Shown here: positions 1 to 8,896 of the stretch, one piece after another | How positions within the stretch are numbered: position 1 is the first letter of the stretch | Layout: each line of letters starts with the position of its first letter | Assembly (NCBI GenBank): GCA_030691665.1 | Contig: JAUYDU010000370.1 | Span: 1 to 36,773, forward strand | Direction: 5' to 3' | Length of the DNA: 36,773 bases | Origin: Chloroflexota bacterium | Lineage (GTDB): Bacteria > Chloroflexota > Dehalococcoidia > SM23-28-2 | The notes under the pieces: generated by a model | Told to the model about the DNA's origin: nothing | The model's input: the letters and a program-made list of their open reading frames with translations, nothing else | Databases searched by the model: none | Position numbers and translations under genes: made by a program

Positions 1-689
1 TTTTGCAGCGCGGCGATCAGGAGTTCTACACCCGGGTCCCCAATCTTCGTCAACTCCACCTCCGCTTGCCAGGCGACATCCTCGTCCTCGTCCGCAAGGG
101 CAGCAACTAACGGTTCGACGGCCCGGACGTCCCCAATCTCGCCCAGTGCGTACGCCGCCTCGTCTCGGACATCTGCCGAAGGGTCGCTTTGCAGGGCCTC
201 GATAAGGGGTTCGACTGCTCGCGCATCGCCTATGTCCCGCAGGGCGGCCGCAGCGTTTGCTCGGACATTCGCATCTTCGTCCCCAAGCGACGCGATCAAC
301 GGTTCGACCGCTCGTTGGTCCCCAAGGGTACCGAGCGCCTCCGCGGCCTTTGCTTGAACATCCGCGACCTCGTCGGCAAGCGCCGCTACCAGGGGTTCCA
401 CGGCCTGGCCGTAGTCGGTGTACGCCAACGTCTGCGCTGCCTGCGCCCGGACGGCGGGGTCCTCGTCCTGCAGAGCGGCAATACTGGCCTGAAGTGCTTC
501 TTCCTGCTCCGCTGTCAACGTTGCGGTTGGGGACTCAGGCTCGCCTTGTGTCCCTTGGGTTGCGGACGGAGTCGCGGGTTGAGCCTCTCCTCCTCCGCTG
601 CAACCCGCCGCTACGAGAGCCGCTACGCACATGGCAACCATGCCTACCGTAAATAAGAGAGCCGACTCGCCTCTTTGCTCTCGCATCAT
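1..689 (-). CDS. HEAT-repeat lipoprotein (3' end of gene lies beyond window start)
   Basis: Minus-strand frame from ATG at 689 (GGAGG about 6 nt upstream) reads MMREQRGESALLFTVGMVAMCVAALVAAGCSGGG (signal peptide plus lipobox). Repeated ~31-aa units AVEPL(I/V)AAL.DE...VR..AA.ALG.IGD follow, the HEAT_2/PBS-lyase repeat signature. Not in the ORF track because no stop codon lies inside the window. Confidence 0.8.
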   Translation of the reverse strand, partial: MMREQRGESALLFTVGMVAMCVAALVAAGCSGGGEAQPATPSATQGTQGEPESPTATLTAEQEEALQASIAALQDEDPAVRAQAAQTLAYTDYGQAVEPLVAALADEVADVQAKAAEALGTLGDQRAVEPLIASLGDEDANVRANAAAALRDIGDARAVEPLIEALQSDPSADVRDEAAYALGEIGDVRAVEPLVAALADEDEDVAWQAEVELTKIGDPGVELLIAALQ

Positions 690-759
690 GTGCCTCCTCG
701 GCTGAAGTCAGGAGCCCCAGCTATGAGAGCCCCGCGAGGAGAGCTCTAGCTCTTCTCGT

Positions 760-1125
760 TCAATCCCAGGTCGAGACCGCGATCAATTCGAGGTTCTTGT
801 CAAAAGTGAGTTTGGTCCCCGGCTCATAGGTCTCACCACCAAGGGTCACGGTCGCGTCACCGACAGTAAGCTTTGCGCCATAGCACCGGTATTGCGGTTC
901 GCCGTTCACGATCTCTATGCCCGAGGAGCCAGGAGGAAAATGGAAGATGATCTTGCCCTCCGTCTGCCCCACTATCGTCGCCTCCGCGCGGCACAGTTGA
1001 GTCCCAGACGGATAAGTATCCAAGATGTCGGAATACGTGGGGACGCTGGCGCCGCCACCTCCGCACGCAGCCAGGGCCATGCATGCGCCACAGAGAAGAA
1101 CCATCGCTAAGGTCGCTCTGTTCAT
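760..1125 (-). CDS. small exported lipoprotein, function unknown
   Basis: Internal ATG at 1125 of listed ORF 760..1467 gives MNRATLAMVLLCGACMALAACGGGG (signal peptide plus lipobox), with a GGGGAG-type RBS just upstream. The longer 235-aa version is Arg/Pro-rich and overlaps the next gene, so the short form is preferred. Confidence 0.7.
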   Translation of the reverse strand: MNRATLAMVLLCGACMALAACGGGGASVPTYSDILDTYPSGTQLCRAEATIVGQTEGKIIFHFPPGSSGIEIVNGEPQYRCYGAKLTVGDATVTLGGETYEPGTKLTFDKNLELIAVSTWD

Positions 1126-1159
1126 TGTGCTCCCCTTCCCTCGCTGTCCGTCCGCCAGC

Positions 1160-2173
1160 CTACTGCTCCTCCCACCACTGCCGCCAGCGGTCGGCGTCCT
1201 CGCCGAAATCCTGCCCGGTAATGGCTTCCAGCGCCTCGGCGGCGGGATGCCCCACCGGCAAGTCTTCATCCTCAAGCGCCTGGATGAGGGCGGGGACCGC
1301 TTCCACCGCCTCCGGCCCGATGTCCCGCAGCGCACAGGCGGCGGCCTCTCGCACCCATTGGTGTTCATCTCCCAGGGCCTGGGCGAGGGCGGGTACGGCA
1401 TCCACCGCCTCCCGCCCGATCTTCCCCAGGGACCACGCGGCGTTCTCTCGCACTGCCCTCTCTTCATCTCCCAGGGCTTGGATGAGGGCGGGGACTACTC
1501 CTTCCTCCGGCCCGATCTCCCCCAGCGCCCTGGCGGCGTAGAAGCGTACCCAGTAGTCTTCGTCACTCAGGGCCTGAACAAAGACCTCGTGGGGCGGCGA
1601 CAGATTAGCCAGAGCGTCGAGCACGGCCTTCCGCCAGACAATATGGAACGGGGCTTCCGTCTTGCTAGGGCAGGAGTAAATGACCCCGGACATCATGGGT
1701 TCTCTTTCATCGATCGGCACGGTCAGCGGCGCGCTCCCCGGCGTAGTAAGCGTCATCTGGCCGTCAACTTCCGCCCCGGTGTAGCAGAAGTATCTGCTGC
1801 CGTAGGCTGTCCCAAGAGGGTTGCCGATCAAAGCAATCGTTAGGGTAGCGTCACAGGGTGTTCCCTCAGCCACTACCTGCACACCTAACCCAACAAGGAT
1901 GCGCTGGAGAGTTTCGGCGATGGGCAGGAAGAACTCCTCCTCAATCTCGGGGTAGGATTGCTGTACGCCCAGGCAGAGTGTCTGCACACCCTGTCCGGGG
2001 GACAGCGTAGGGGTGACTGTCGGCAGGTCTGGCGTGGGGGTGGGCTCAGCGACAACGGGCGAAGTCGTGGACCCAATAGTGGGTGTGGAAGAGGGACCGC
2101 CGCCGCCGCACGCAGCCACGAGGGTCATGCAGGCGCCAGAGAGAAGGGCCATCGCTAGGCTCGCTGCGTTCAT
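1160..2173 (-). CDS. lipoprotein with C-terminal HEAT repeats
   Basis: Internal ATG at 2173 of listed ORF 1160..3265 gives MNAASLAMALLSGACMTLVAACGGGG (lipobox). C-terminal repeats VPALIQALGDEERAVRENAAWSLGKIG / VPALAQALGDEHQWVREAAACALRDIG / VPALIQALEDED are HEAT_2 type. The upstream part of the listed ORF overlaps the propeller gene in another frame. Confidence 0.8.
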   Translation of the reverse strand: MNAASLAMALLSGACMTLVAACGGGGPSSTPTIGSTTSPVVAEPTPTPDLPTVTPTLSPGQGVQTLCLGVQQSYPEIEEEFFLPIAETLQRILVGLGVQVVAEGTPCDATLTIALIGNPLGTAYGSRYFCYTGAEVDGQMTLTTPGSAPLTVPIDEREPMMSGVIYSCPSKTEAPFHIVWRKAVLDALANLSPPHEVFVQALSDEDYWVRFYAARALGEIGPEEGVVPALIQALGDEERAVRENAAWSLGKIGREAVDAVPALAQALGDEHQWVREAAACALRDIGPEAVEAVPALIQALEDEDLPVGHPAAEALEAITGQDFGEDADRWRQWWEEQ

Positions 2174-2271
2174 CGTGTTCCCCCTCCCTTGGCGGCCGTC
2201 TGTTGGTCTTGCATGCTCGACACTGCCGGACGCCTTCGCCAGTGGGCGATCTACTTCTAGGGCGCTGATGC

Positions 2272-3537
2272 TCACGGGCGTTCTGGCACCCAGCGCTCCT
2301 CCACCGCGGTGGTGTCGAGGGCGTAAACGTATCCGTCCTCGCTCCCGACGTACACTACTCCGGCCGCCACCGCTGGGGAGGAGGCCGGGGAGGTGACCGG
2401 GCCGCCCGTCTGGAAGCGCCAGCGCTCTACCCCCGTGGCAGCGTCTAGAGCGTAGAGGTAGGATTCGTCGGGGATATCGTCGGCGGCGATATAGACTACC
2501 CCCTCTGCCATCACTGGTGAGGAGAACCAGGCGCCGGTCTGGAAGCGCCAGCCCTGTTCTCCCGTGACCGCATTCAAAGTGTAAGCGCCGTCGGAGCTGC
2601 CGACATAGACTACGGCGTTGGCGACCGCGGGTGGGCCTTCCACGCCACTTCCGAAGGCCCAGCGCTCCTCCCCCGTCGCGGCGTCCAGCGCGCGTACGCC
2701 ACCGAGCCAGCTGCCAGTGTAGACCGTCCCATCCGCCACCACCAGGGCGGGAAGCGAGCGCCCGGCGTCGCGGCGCCACCGCAGTTCCCCCGTGGCGGCG
2801 TCCACGGCGTAGACGTGCCCGTCCCCGCTGCCAACGTACACTGCACCCTCCGCCACCACTGGGGAGGAGAGGCCAACGGCCTGGCCCTCGTAGCCCGTCT
2901 GGAAGCGCCACAGCCACTCCCCCGTGGCGGCGTCCAGGGCGTAGACGTAGTTGTCGCCGCTGCCGATGTAGACTACCCCCTGCACCACCGCCGGGGACGA
3001 GACCGAGCCGCCGGTCTCGAAGCGCCACCGCTCCTCGCCCGTGGCGGCGTTCAGGGCGTAGACGTAGTTGTCGCCGCTGCCAATGTAGACGACCCCGTCC
3101 ACTGCCGCCGGGGACGAGACCGAGCCGCCGGTCTCGAAGCGCCACCGCTCCTCCCCCGTGGCGGCGTCCAGGGCGTAGACGTAGTTGTTGTAGCTGCCCA
3201 CATAGACAACCCCGCTTGCCACCTCCGGGTGGGCGTAACCCCACCCGCCCGTCTGGAAGCGCCAAAGCACCTTTGGCGAGCGTTCAACGTCCGGGCCCTC
3301 TGGTGGCGACGTTGCAGTGGGGGCAGGCGTCGGCGAGAGCAGCGGTGTGCGCTCCGCTATGGCTGATGTCCGCTCCGGCGTTGGCGTTGCTTCGCGGTCC
3401 GATGTTGCCGTAGGGGTCGTTCCAGTTGGAGATGGGGTGGGCGTATCCTCGGACATCTCAAAACGGATGCACCCACCTGCAAGCAGGACCAGAAGGAGCA
3501 TGACGCCCATCATCTCGAGCGACCGTCCGACCTTCAT
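2272..3537 (-). CDS. PQQ-like (BamB/YxaL-type) beta-propeller repeat lipoprotein
   Basis: MKVGRSLEMMGVMLLLVLLAGGC lipobox and a Thr/Pro-rich linker are followed by at least 8 repeats of the form G.VY(V/I)GS.D..VYALDAATGEE.WRF.TGG. This is the PQQ enzyme-repeat / PQQ_2 signature. Confidence 0.85.
   Translation of the reverse strand: MKVGRSLEMMGVMLLLVLLAGGCIRFEMSEDTPTPSPTGTTPTATSDREATPTPERTSAIAERTPLLSPTPAPTATSPPEGPDVERSPKVLWRFQTGGWGYAHPEVASGVVYVGSYNNYVYALDAATGEERWRFETGGSVSSPAAVDGVVYIGSGDNYVYALNAATGEERWRFETGGSVSSPAVVQGVVYIGSGDNYVYALDAATGEWLWRFQTGYEGQAVGLSSPVVAEGAVYVGSGDGHVYAVDAATGELRWRRDAGRSLPALVVADGTVYTGSWLGGVRALDAATGEERWAFGSGVEGPPAVANAVVYVGSSDGAYTLNAVTGEQGWRFQTGAWFSSPVMAEGVVYIAADDIPDESYLYALDAATGVERWRFQTGGPVTSPASSPAVAAGVVYVGSEDGYVYALDTTAVEERWVPERP
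2941..3174. repeat. two near-identical tandem 117-bp units (one propeller blade each) inside the beta-propeller gene
   Basis: 2941-3057 and 3058-3174 both begin gtagacgtagttgtcgccgctgcc and differ at only a few positions by eye. Flanking blades (2812-2940, 3175-3290) are clearly more diverged. Confidence 0.85.
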
Positions 3538-3897
3538 CTTGTCTTGCCCCCTATTGGCGGCACCTTCATCTCTGTGCCCTATAACCAGCCTAGTTCCGAA
3601 GATAGCGGGCGTGCGTTACCGATGTGTTACTACACCCTTACCATGGGAGAACAATTCTCCCCACGAAAATGAGTGCAGAAGTTGTCGTCCTCCCGGCTCT
3701 CGCCGCCGCACGATGAGCAGAGCACAAGGCCTTGTTCGCCGCGATGCCCCATTGACCGTGGAGCAGGTTCTGGAGGACATTCTACCTGCGACAGAAAAGA
3801 GGTCATTCTAGCTGCGACGCGACACTATAGGACGGCTGCATGATGCCGCGCACGGGGGAGAATGTCAAATGCGACTGGTCGCCGGCCTAGCGCGCCG

Positions 3898-4191
3898 TCA
3901 GTGTCTGTTCGGTACTCGGGGTCGCTCCGGCCATCGCCGGAACGCCAGCCAGACGAGCATCAGGCCGCTCACCACGGGGACGACCACTAGCAAAACAAGG
4001 GCGCGGCTATACCCCGCCCATGGCAGAGCCTCCCAAGTAAGAACGATAACGAAAACGAGTCCCACAACCGGGATGAATACGAGTAGGGTGAGCCAGCGGG
4101 ACCAGCCCAGCTTTCCGGAAAGTTGCCACACTGCGGCTAGTACCATCACGATCCAGACGATGAACAGCAGTTCAAAAGGGCCGATACTCAT
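3898..4191 (-). CDS. small integral membrane protein, function unknown
   Basis: Internal ATG at 4191 with GGGAGG upstream. MSIGPFELLFIVWIVMVLAAVWQL... has three hydrophobic spans in 97 aa. The N-terminal extension of listed ORF 3898..4287 has no RBS support. Confidence 0.6.
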   Translation of the reverse strand: MSIGPFELLFIVWIVMVLAAVWQLSGKLGWSRWLTLLVFIPVVGLVFVIVLTWEALPWAGYSRALVLLVVVPVVSGLMLVWLAFRRWPERPRVPNRH

Positions 4192-4372
4192 GACGAATGA
4201 CCTCCCGCCTCTGCATGCCAGCGGGTATCTCTTGGAGCACTGGTGACGCGAGTACGCATTGCGAGACCTGCGAGCTAAGGGGGGCAACAGGGCGTGTCAG
4301 CCCGGTCCGAGCACTTTGTCCCGATTGTACTGGCGGCAGGTTGGAGGGCATCAGCCTGGGCGATCAGATAGA

Positions 4373-4666
4373 CTACTCAGAGCCCTTGTCCACCATCTCT
4401 CGTTCCTCCCTGTCATACGCTCCACTGTAGCGCATGTATCCACCGCAGATGCAGAGCACCGACGCAAGGAAGAACAGCAACGCAAGGAAAGGCACCCCTG
4501 CGGCCAGTGATCTCACTACACCCACGAAGAATAGGGCAACGCCGATGGCGCCCAGGATTGAGCTAGGCACGTGGGTCGAATAGGGCCCGCCCGCCAGACC
4601 CCACCCAAGCACGCCAAGTTTGGGGTTCTCTGTCAGTTTCCGTTTGACACCGTCTGGCTGCACCAT
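4373..4666 (-). CDS. small membrane protein, function unknown
   Basis: 97-aa ORF with GAGGG 5 nt upstream of the ATG. Two hydrophobic spans (ILGAIGVALFFVGVV, GVPFLALLFFLASVLCICGG). Confidence 0.55.
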   Translation of the reverse strand: MVQPDGVKRKLTENPKLGVLGWGLAGGPYSTHVPSSILGAIGVALFFVGVVRSLAAGVPFLALLFFLASVLCICGGYMRYSGAYDREEREMVDKGSE

Positions 4667-4741
4667 TTCTGCCCTCGTTTCATCTGCGGAGGGCCACTAC
4701 CTGCCCTCTCCTCGTCTGCGCTAGCCCAATAGGCTGACAGA

Positions 4742-5299
4742 TCAACGGCAAATGATGTAGCTTCCAGTCTTGGTCTTTGACTTTTCAGTCTTTCCAACCT
4801 GTCCCTGGAATACCTCGTATTCCTGTTCAAGAACATCTATTGAGGTCTCACCAACCACCTGCCTCGTGTGGTCCCCACTGTGGAAAACCATGACTGGATG
4901 CCCACTTGTGCCTTCAACGAGTGTCCTTTGCTCACTATTGAGGTCAGCATATCTGACCCATATCACGTCCACCTCAGGCTGCCTTTGCTCGAATTCCGTG
5001 ATGATGGGTTTCTGATACGCGCAGTGAGGACAGCCAGGCGAGTAGGCAAACAGGAGCTTCACACCACTCTCTGGGGCCGGCGTGGGCGTGGCTGTCGGCG
5101 GGACGGGTGTACGTGTGGCTACGGGTGTGGCTGTCCTGGCCTGGGCCTGTTTCGTGGGCGTAGCTGGGACTTTCTCTTCCTCACTCCCTCCGCACGCCGC
5201 CAGGAGAAGAGGCCCAAGGGCCAACAGGACAAGAATGCCGACGAGCCTAAGAGACAGACGACCACCTCTGACGGGCCCAACGTGTGCTGGAATTCCCAT
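4742..5299 (-). CDS. thioredoxin-fold thiol-disulfide oxidoreductase lipoprotein (CPHC active site)
   Basis: Internal ATG at 5299 with AGGAGG upstream. Signal peptide plus lipobox LLLAACGG, a Thr/Pro linker, then LLFAYSPGCPHCAYQKP (CxxC redox motif in thioredoxin-like context). Confidence 0.75.
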   Translation of the reverse strand: MGIPAHVGPVRGGRLSLRLVGILVLLALGPLLLAACGGSEEEKVPATPTKQAQARTATPVATRTPVPPTATPTPAPESGVKLLFAYSPGCPHCAYQKPIITEFEQRQPEVDVIWVRYADLNSEQRTLVEGTSGHPVMVFHSGDHTRQVVGETSIDVLEQEYEVFQGQVGKTEKSKTKTGSYIICR

Positions 5300-5478
5300 T
5301 ACTGACCTCCTGTCGGGTCTAATCGAAGCCGTTCCCAGAAATCCGGTGCAGAATCTGGGTCGGCTCCCGTTGGCCGATGCGTCCGCCGTTGCGGCGTGAG
5401 TTCCTCTAAACTTGGGCATGTCGCGTCACCTCCCGTATCTTACGCCCGACTTCTCAGCGCCCGCCATCGCCAGCGCTT

Positions 5479-5814
5479 CTAGGGATGCAATGCCGCACCG
5501 AGCGCGCTGAGGGTGATGAGACAAAGGATCCCCGGCCAATGCTTCCAGCTCCAAGCGAAGCCCAGCAAGAAGTAGCCAGAAGCCAGCCCGATGAGGAGTC
5601 CGGCCACGCTCAGAACCAGGACGTCTGCCATGATGAAGCAGTCGGTTGGTATCGAGCTCTCGCCCTGGGCTGCCTCGCTCTCCCCCAGGGAATGGCCTGC
5701 GGCCGATGCCGCGGCCACTTGCCGGCGTCTGGCCAGGAGCTGCGCCAGTGGAATGACCACAAGGGCCGTGACTCCCCACACTATGGCGGTACCAATCAGA
5801 ATACTGAGCGCCAT
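5479..5814 (-). CDS. membrane protein, function unknown
   Basis: 111-aa ORF with GGAGGAGG upstream of the ATG. Hydrophobic spans lie at both ends (MALSILIGTAIVWGVTALVVIPLA; VLVLSVAGLLIGLASGYFLLGFAW). Confidence 0.55.
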   Translation of the reverse strand: MALSILIGTAIVWGVTALVVIPLAQLLARRRQVAAASAAGHSLGESEAAQGESSIPTDCFIMADVLVLSVAGLLIGLASGYFLLGFAWSWKHWPGILCLITLSALGAALHP

Positions 5815-6042
5815 CTCGTCCTCCTCCTTTCCAGCGATTTCGCTGAGCGCATGACGGTCATCCCGTCCATCGAGGGAACAATACAGGAGGAGTGTTACTG
5901 AGGCGTTACCGGAAGCTTACGATCGCAGAACGATCTGGCGATGACAGCGAAAATAGGCTTGCGTCGATAGCCGAGCCCACTGGCCATTCCCCAATTGGGG
6001 CCGTTTCCGGCGAAACAGGGACAGGGACCGAGAGACCTGAGA

Positions 6043-6951
6043 TCAGGATTTGGAATCCATTCTCTGGAGAGGCAGGGTAACGGTAAAGGTGCTGCCCTTG
6101 CCGGGCGTGCTTTCCACCGTGATCTGCCCCCCGTGCTGCTCCACAATCTTCTTGGCAAGCGGCAGGCCCAAGCCGCTGCCGCCCTCCAGCCGGGTTCGCA
6201 TGTGCCTTGCCCGATACGTCTCGTCGAAGATGTGAGGCAGGTCTTCGGCTGGGATACCTTCCCCCTTGTCGGAGACCTGAGCCTCTAGGACGTCGTCCCT
6301 GACTCCAAGATGGACGTCCACGACGGAGTCAGGAGGGGAGTACTTTATGCCATTATCGAGCAAGTTAATCAACACTTGCTCCAGTTCTTCAGGGTCTCCC
6401 AGCGTCCTAGGGATTCTTGGCGAGGCGTGCAGGTTTAGCTGAATGCGCTTCTTCTCGGCTTGCTCGGTGAGTTTGAGGATTGCATCTTCGGCAATCCTCG
6501 CTACGTTGACCGGCTGCATGTCCAGCACAAACTCGGGGTTGTCCAGGCGCCAGAGGCGATGAAGCTTATCTATGAGTCGAGCTAGCCTTTCAGCCTCCTC
6601 TTGGATGATCTTCTGGTGGCGTCGCCAAATGCCTTCCTCTCCAATGGTGCACTCCCCCATTTCGGCTGCGTACCCCTTGATGGCAGCCAGAGGGGCCCTA
6701 AGTTCATGGGTCAGATGGCCGATGAATTCCGCCGAGGGACTATCTCTCCCTTCGGACAGCCCCTCTGCTGGTTTGCCAGCATCTTCTGGAACGGGCGTCG
6801 GCGAAACGCTCTGCTGTCGACGAAATCGTTGGAAGAGCCAAAGAGCTAGCGCCCCACACCCCAATAGGCCGAAAGCTAGCGCAAGGGCGGAAAAGATGTC
6901 CATGTACACAGTGGGAACAACGACAACGAAGCCGAAGCGCCATACTGTCAT
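6043..6951 (-). CDS. sensor histidine kinase (HisKA + HATPase_c), minimal N-terminal membrane anchor
   Basis: H-box HELRAPLAAIKGY, N-box LLDNGIKYS, G1 DKGEGIP, G2 GGSGLGL. The start overlaps the regulator stop in ATGA (translational coupling). Confidence 0.9.
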   Translation of the reverse strand: MTVWRFGFVVVVPTVYMDIFSALALAFGLLGCGALALWLFQRFRRQQSVSPTPVPEDAGKPAEGLSEGRDSPSAEFIGHLTHELRAPLAAIKGYAAEMGECTIGEEGIWRRHQKIIQEEAERLARLIDKLHRLWRLDNPEFVLDMQPVNVARIAEDAILKLTEQAEKKRIQLNLHASPRIPRTLGDPEELEQVLINLLDNGIKYSPPDSVVDVHLGVRDDVLEAQVSDKGEGIPAEDLPHIFDETYRARHMRTRLEGGSGLGLPLAKKIVEQHGGQITVESTPGKGSTFTVTLPLQRMDSKS

Positions 6952-7646
6952 CTGAAGTCCCTAAACTTGTAGCCTATGCTATGCACATTGAGGATGTAGC
7001 GTGGCTCTCGGGGATTCGGCTCGAGCTTCCGTCGCAATTCCGCGATATGTTTTCTGACCGTCTCGGTTTCGGTGTCGTCGGGGTAGTCGAAGACCTGCTC
7101 CAACAGCGTGGTCTTGCCGAGAGGTATCCCAGCGTTCTCTACCAGCTTCTTTAGAAGGTCGAACTCCTTGGGAGTTAGGTGAACATCCCGCCATTGTCCT
7201 TCCCTTAGGATGCTGACAGTTCTTTGTGGGATGCCGATCTGCATGTAGTCATCAATGACGATGACTTGGGGTGGCAACTTAGACCTGATCCTCGCCGCCA
7301 ACTCGCGCTCACTTATCAGGTCTTTCCGGAGGTAGTCGTCGGCACCCACGTCAAAGCCTAGTTCCAGATCACGTACGTCTTTTCGCTTGTCGGTCAGAAA
7401 GATGATAGGGGTTCTGTTTCCTTGACCGCGAATTCGCTTGCAAACATCTATTCCGTTCAGGTTGGGGTCGCCTAGTTCTATGTCGAGGATAATAAGGTCA
7501 GGCGCGTACTGTTCCACGCAATGCAGTGCCTCATGGCCATCACGCGCAAGGAGGACCTCGTACCCCCTTCTCTCAAGTTGGCCTTGAATGAGAGCGGAAT
7601 AATGAGGCTCGTCTTCTACTACCAGAATCCGCTTCCTCACAGTCAT
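6948..7646 (-). CDS. OmpR-family response regulator
   Basis: Receiver domain (ILVVEDEP..., DLIILDIELG phospho-acceptor context, K in FLTDK) plus a C-terminal winged helix (HLTPKEFDLLKKLVENAG...VRKHIAELRRKLE...ILNVHSIGYKF). Confidence 0.9.
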   Translation of the reverse strand: MTVRKRILVVEDEPHYSALIQGQLERRGYEVLLARDGHEALHCVEQYAPDLIILDIELGDPNLNGIDVCKRIRGQGNRTPIIFLTDKRKDVRDLELGFDVGADDYLRKDLISERELAARIRSKLPPQVIVIDDYMQIGIPQRTVSILREGQWRDVHLTPKEFDLLKKLVENAGIPLGKTTLLEQVFDYPDDTETETVRKHIAELRRKLEPNPREPRYILNVHSIGYKFRDFR

Positions 7647-8098
7647 TTCCGCCTGCCGAATGGTAATCGTACTTTCTGCGTAGGTTCTCTGGATACTCCC
7701 AACACGCGATCCGCTCTTGCTGCCTACACAGCGGGGTCTTGACGACCAGATGATCGATCATGAGGCAACCCCTTGTCAAACCTGCCTTGGACTTGGGAGC
7801 CCCTTCTGCCCGCGGGAGAGGACCTGCCCGTTCAAGCGGTTTCTTCTTGTTCGGAAAGCCCTCCATAACCTCCCGGGAACGCGAGCACGGAATTCAGCCT
7901 GTGCAACTTTCCCCGACGGCAGGACCTCTCTTGCCGCGGGGTCATCAGGCGTCACGCGTGCTCAGGCTCCACCCCCGCTTAACTCTGAGTTGGCAGCAAC
8001 TTCCGGAATCTGCATAAGGAGTTCTTAATGGACACCTCAAGGCTTGCTCTCGCTGCCCAGGGGACGATAGGGTATCGCCCAAGGGAAAAGAGCAGGCA

Positions 8099-8386
8099 GT
8101 GCTGCAGGAGCGTTCCCCAGCGGAGGTCCAGGCAGAGGTCAAGACGGAACAGACCCGCCGGTTTGTCCGTCACGCGAGAAGAATCACCCGGCGCAAGTTT
8201 ACCCCTGAGGAGAAGGTGCCCATTGTGCTAGAAGGCTTTCGCGGTGAGGTGTGGGTGAGGGAGCTGTGCCGCCGAGAGGGTATCCGCCCCAACGTCTGCT
8301 ACGCCTCGCTCAAGGACTTCATAGAGGCAGGTCGCCGACTTGCAGCGTGCGCCCTCCAGGGTATCCTACCGCAGGAGCGCACCTGA
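8099..8386 (+). pseudogene. IS3-family transposase orfA remnant
   Basis: Residues RRKFTPEEKVPIVLEGFRGEVWVRELCRREGIRPNVCYASLKDFIEAGRR (about 8189-8338) match the HTH N-terminus of IS3-family OrfA proteins. Similarity stops there. No leucine-zipper part, frameshift site or orfB follows. Confidence 0.65.
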
Positions 8387-8466
8387 AGCGCATTCAGGTG
8401 GGCGCTTTTCGGTTCAGGTGGGAAAGAGAAGGCCGCCCCGAAGGGCGGAATTCATGTCTTCACCTC

Positions 8467-8534
8467 TGGAGGGCCGGGTGGGATTCGAACCCACGACTCC
8501 CGGATTAAAAGTCCGGAGTTCTACGGCTGAACCG
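8467..8534 (-). tRNA. tRNA-Lys(UUU)-derived sequence, positions ~8-76 present, 5' acceptor strand absent (pseudo-tRNA / att-site remnant)
   Basis: The minus strand reads GTTC-AGCCGTA-GAAC (D arm), CCGGA-CTTTTAA-TCCGG (anticodon UUU), GAGTC, GTGGG-TTCGAAT-CCCAC (T arm), CCGGCCC-T-CCA. The 7 nt that should pair with CCGGCCC are GTCGCGA, not GGGCCGG. The D loop lacks the GG pair. Confidence 0.6.
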
Positions 8535-8860
8535 TCGCGACTTCATCGCTGCTTCCCTCCAAGTCGGCCTGAGCAGGAGCAAACGAAAAGCCTGTACCTG
8601 CTGGCTGAAGGCGGCGTGAGTTGGAAACAACTGACAACGTCACGGGATATCCTCATACCGACGTGCTCCGGCGCCGCTTTTCGAGGGCGCCCGGGGCGCA
8701 GCACGTTTGTCCGCTGTGAGACCTCCTCGACTGCCACTGCCTTGCTCCTTCTGCCCATCCGCAGCGCGTTGGCGTAGGCAGCCAACGTGGCGTCCCTAGG
8801 GTCGCTTGGCCGGCAAATTCGAGTGATCAGGCGGGCGCCCAAGGTGGAAGACGACCATGA

Positions 8861-8885
8861 CCATGGCAGGCACCGTCTGCCATGG
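8861..8885 (-). terminator. hairpin just downstream of the Tad operon's last gene
   Basis: Perfect 9-bp inverted repeat ccatggcag / ctgccatgg with a 7-nt loop, 12 nt after the stop at 8897. No clear U-tract. Confidence 0.4.
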
Positions 8886-8896
8886 CCGCCCCCGCA

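Noticed and set aside
1025-3413. Long plus-strand ORFs (1025..1843, 1083..1541, 2013..2396, 2631..3413, 2815..3366) opposite the lipoprotein and propeller genes
   Set aside because: They are Arg/Pro/Gly/Ser-rich, have no motifs, and lie antisense to genes with clear repeat-domain signatures. Stop-free antisense frames like these are typical of GC-rich DNA.
8543-8842. Minus-strand ORF (99 aa, ...RPGRPRK...) between the tRNA scar and the Tad operon as a possible excisionase or DNA-binding gene
   Set aside because: No RBS and no recognisable HTH. The composition is consistent with a chance ORF in decayed DNA. I cannot support it.
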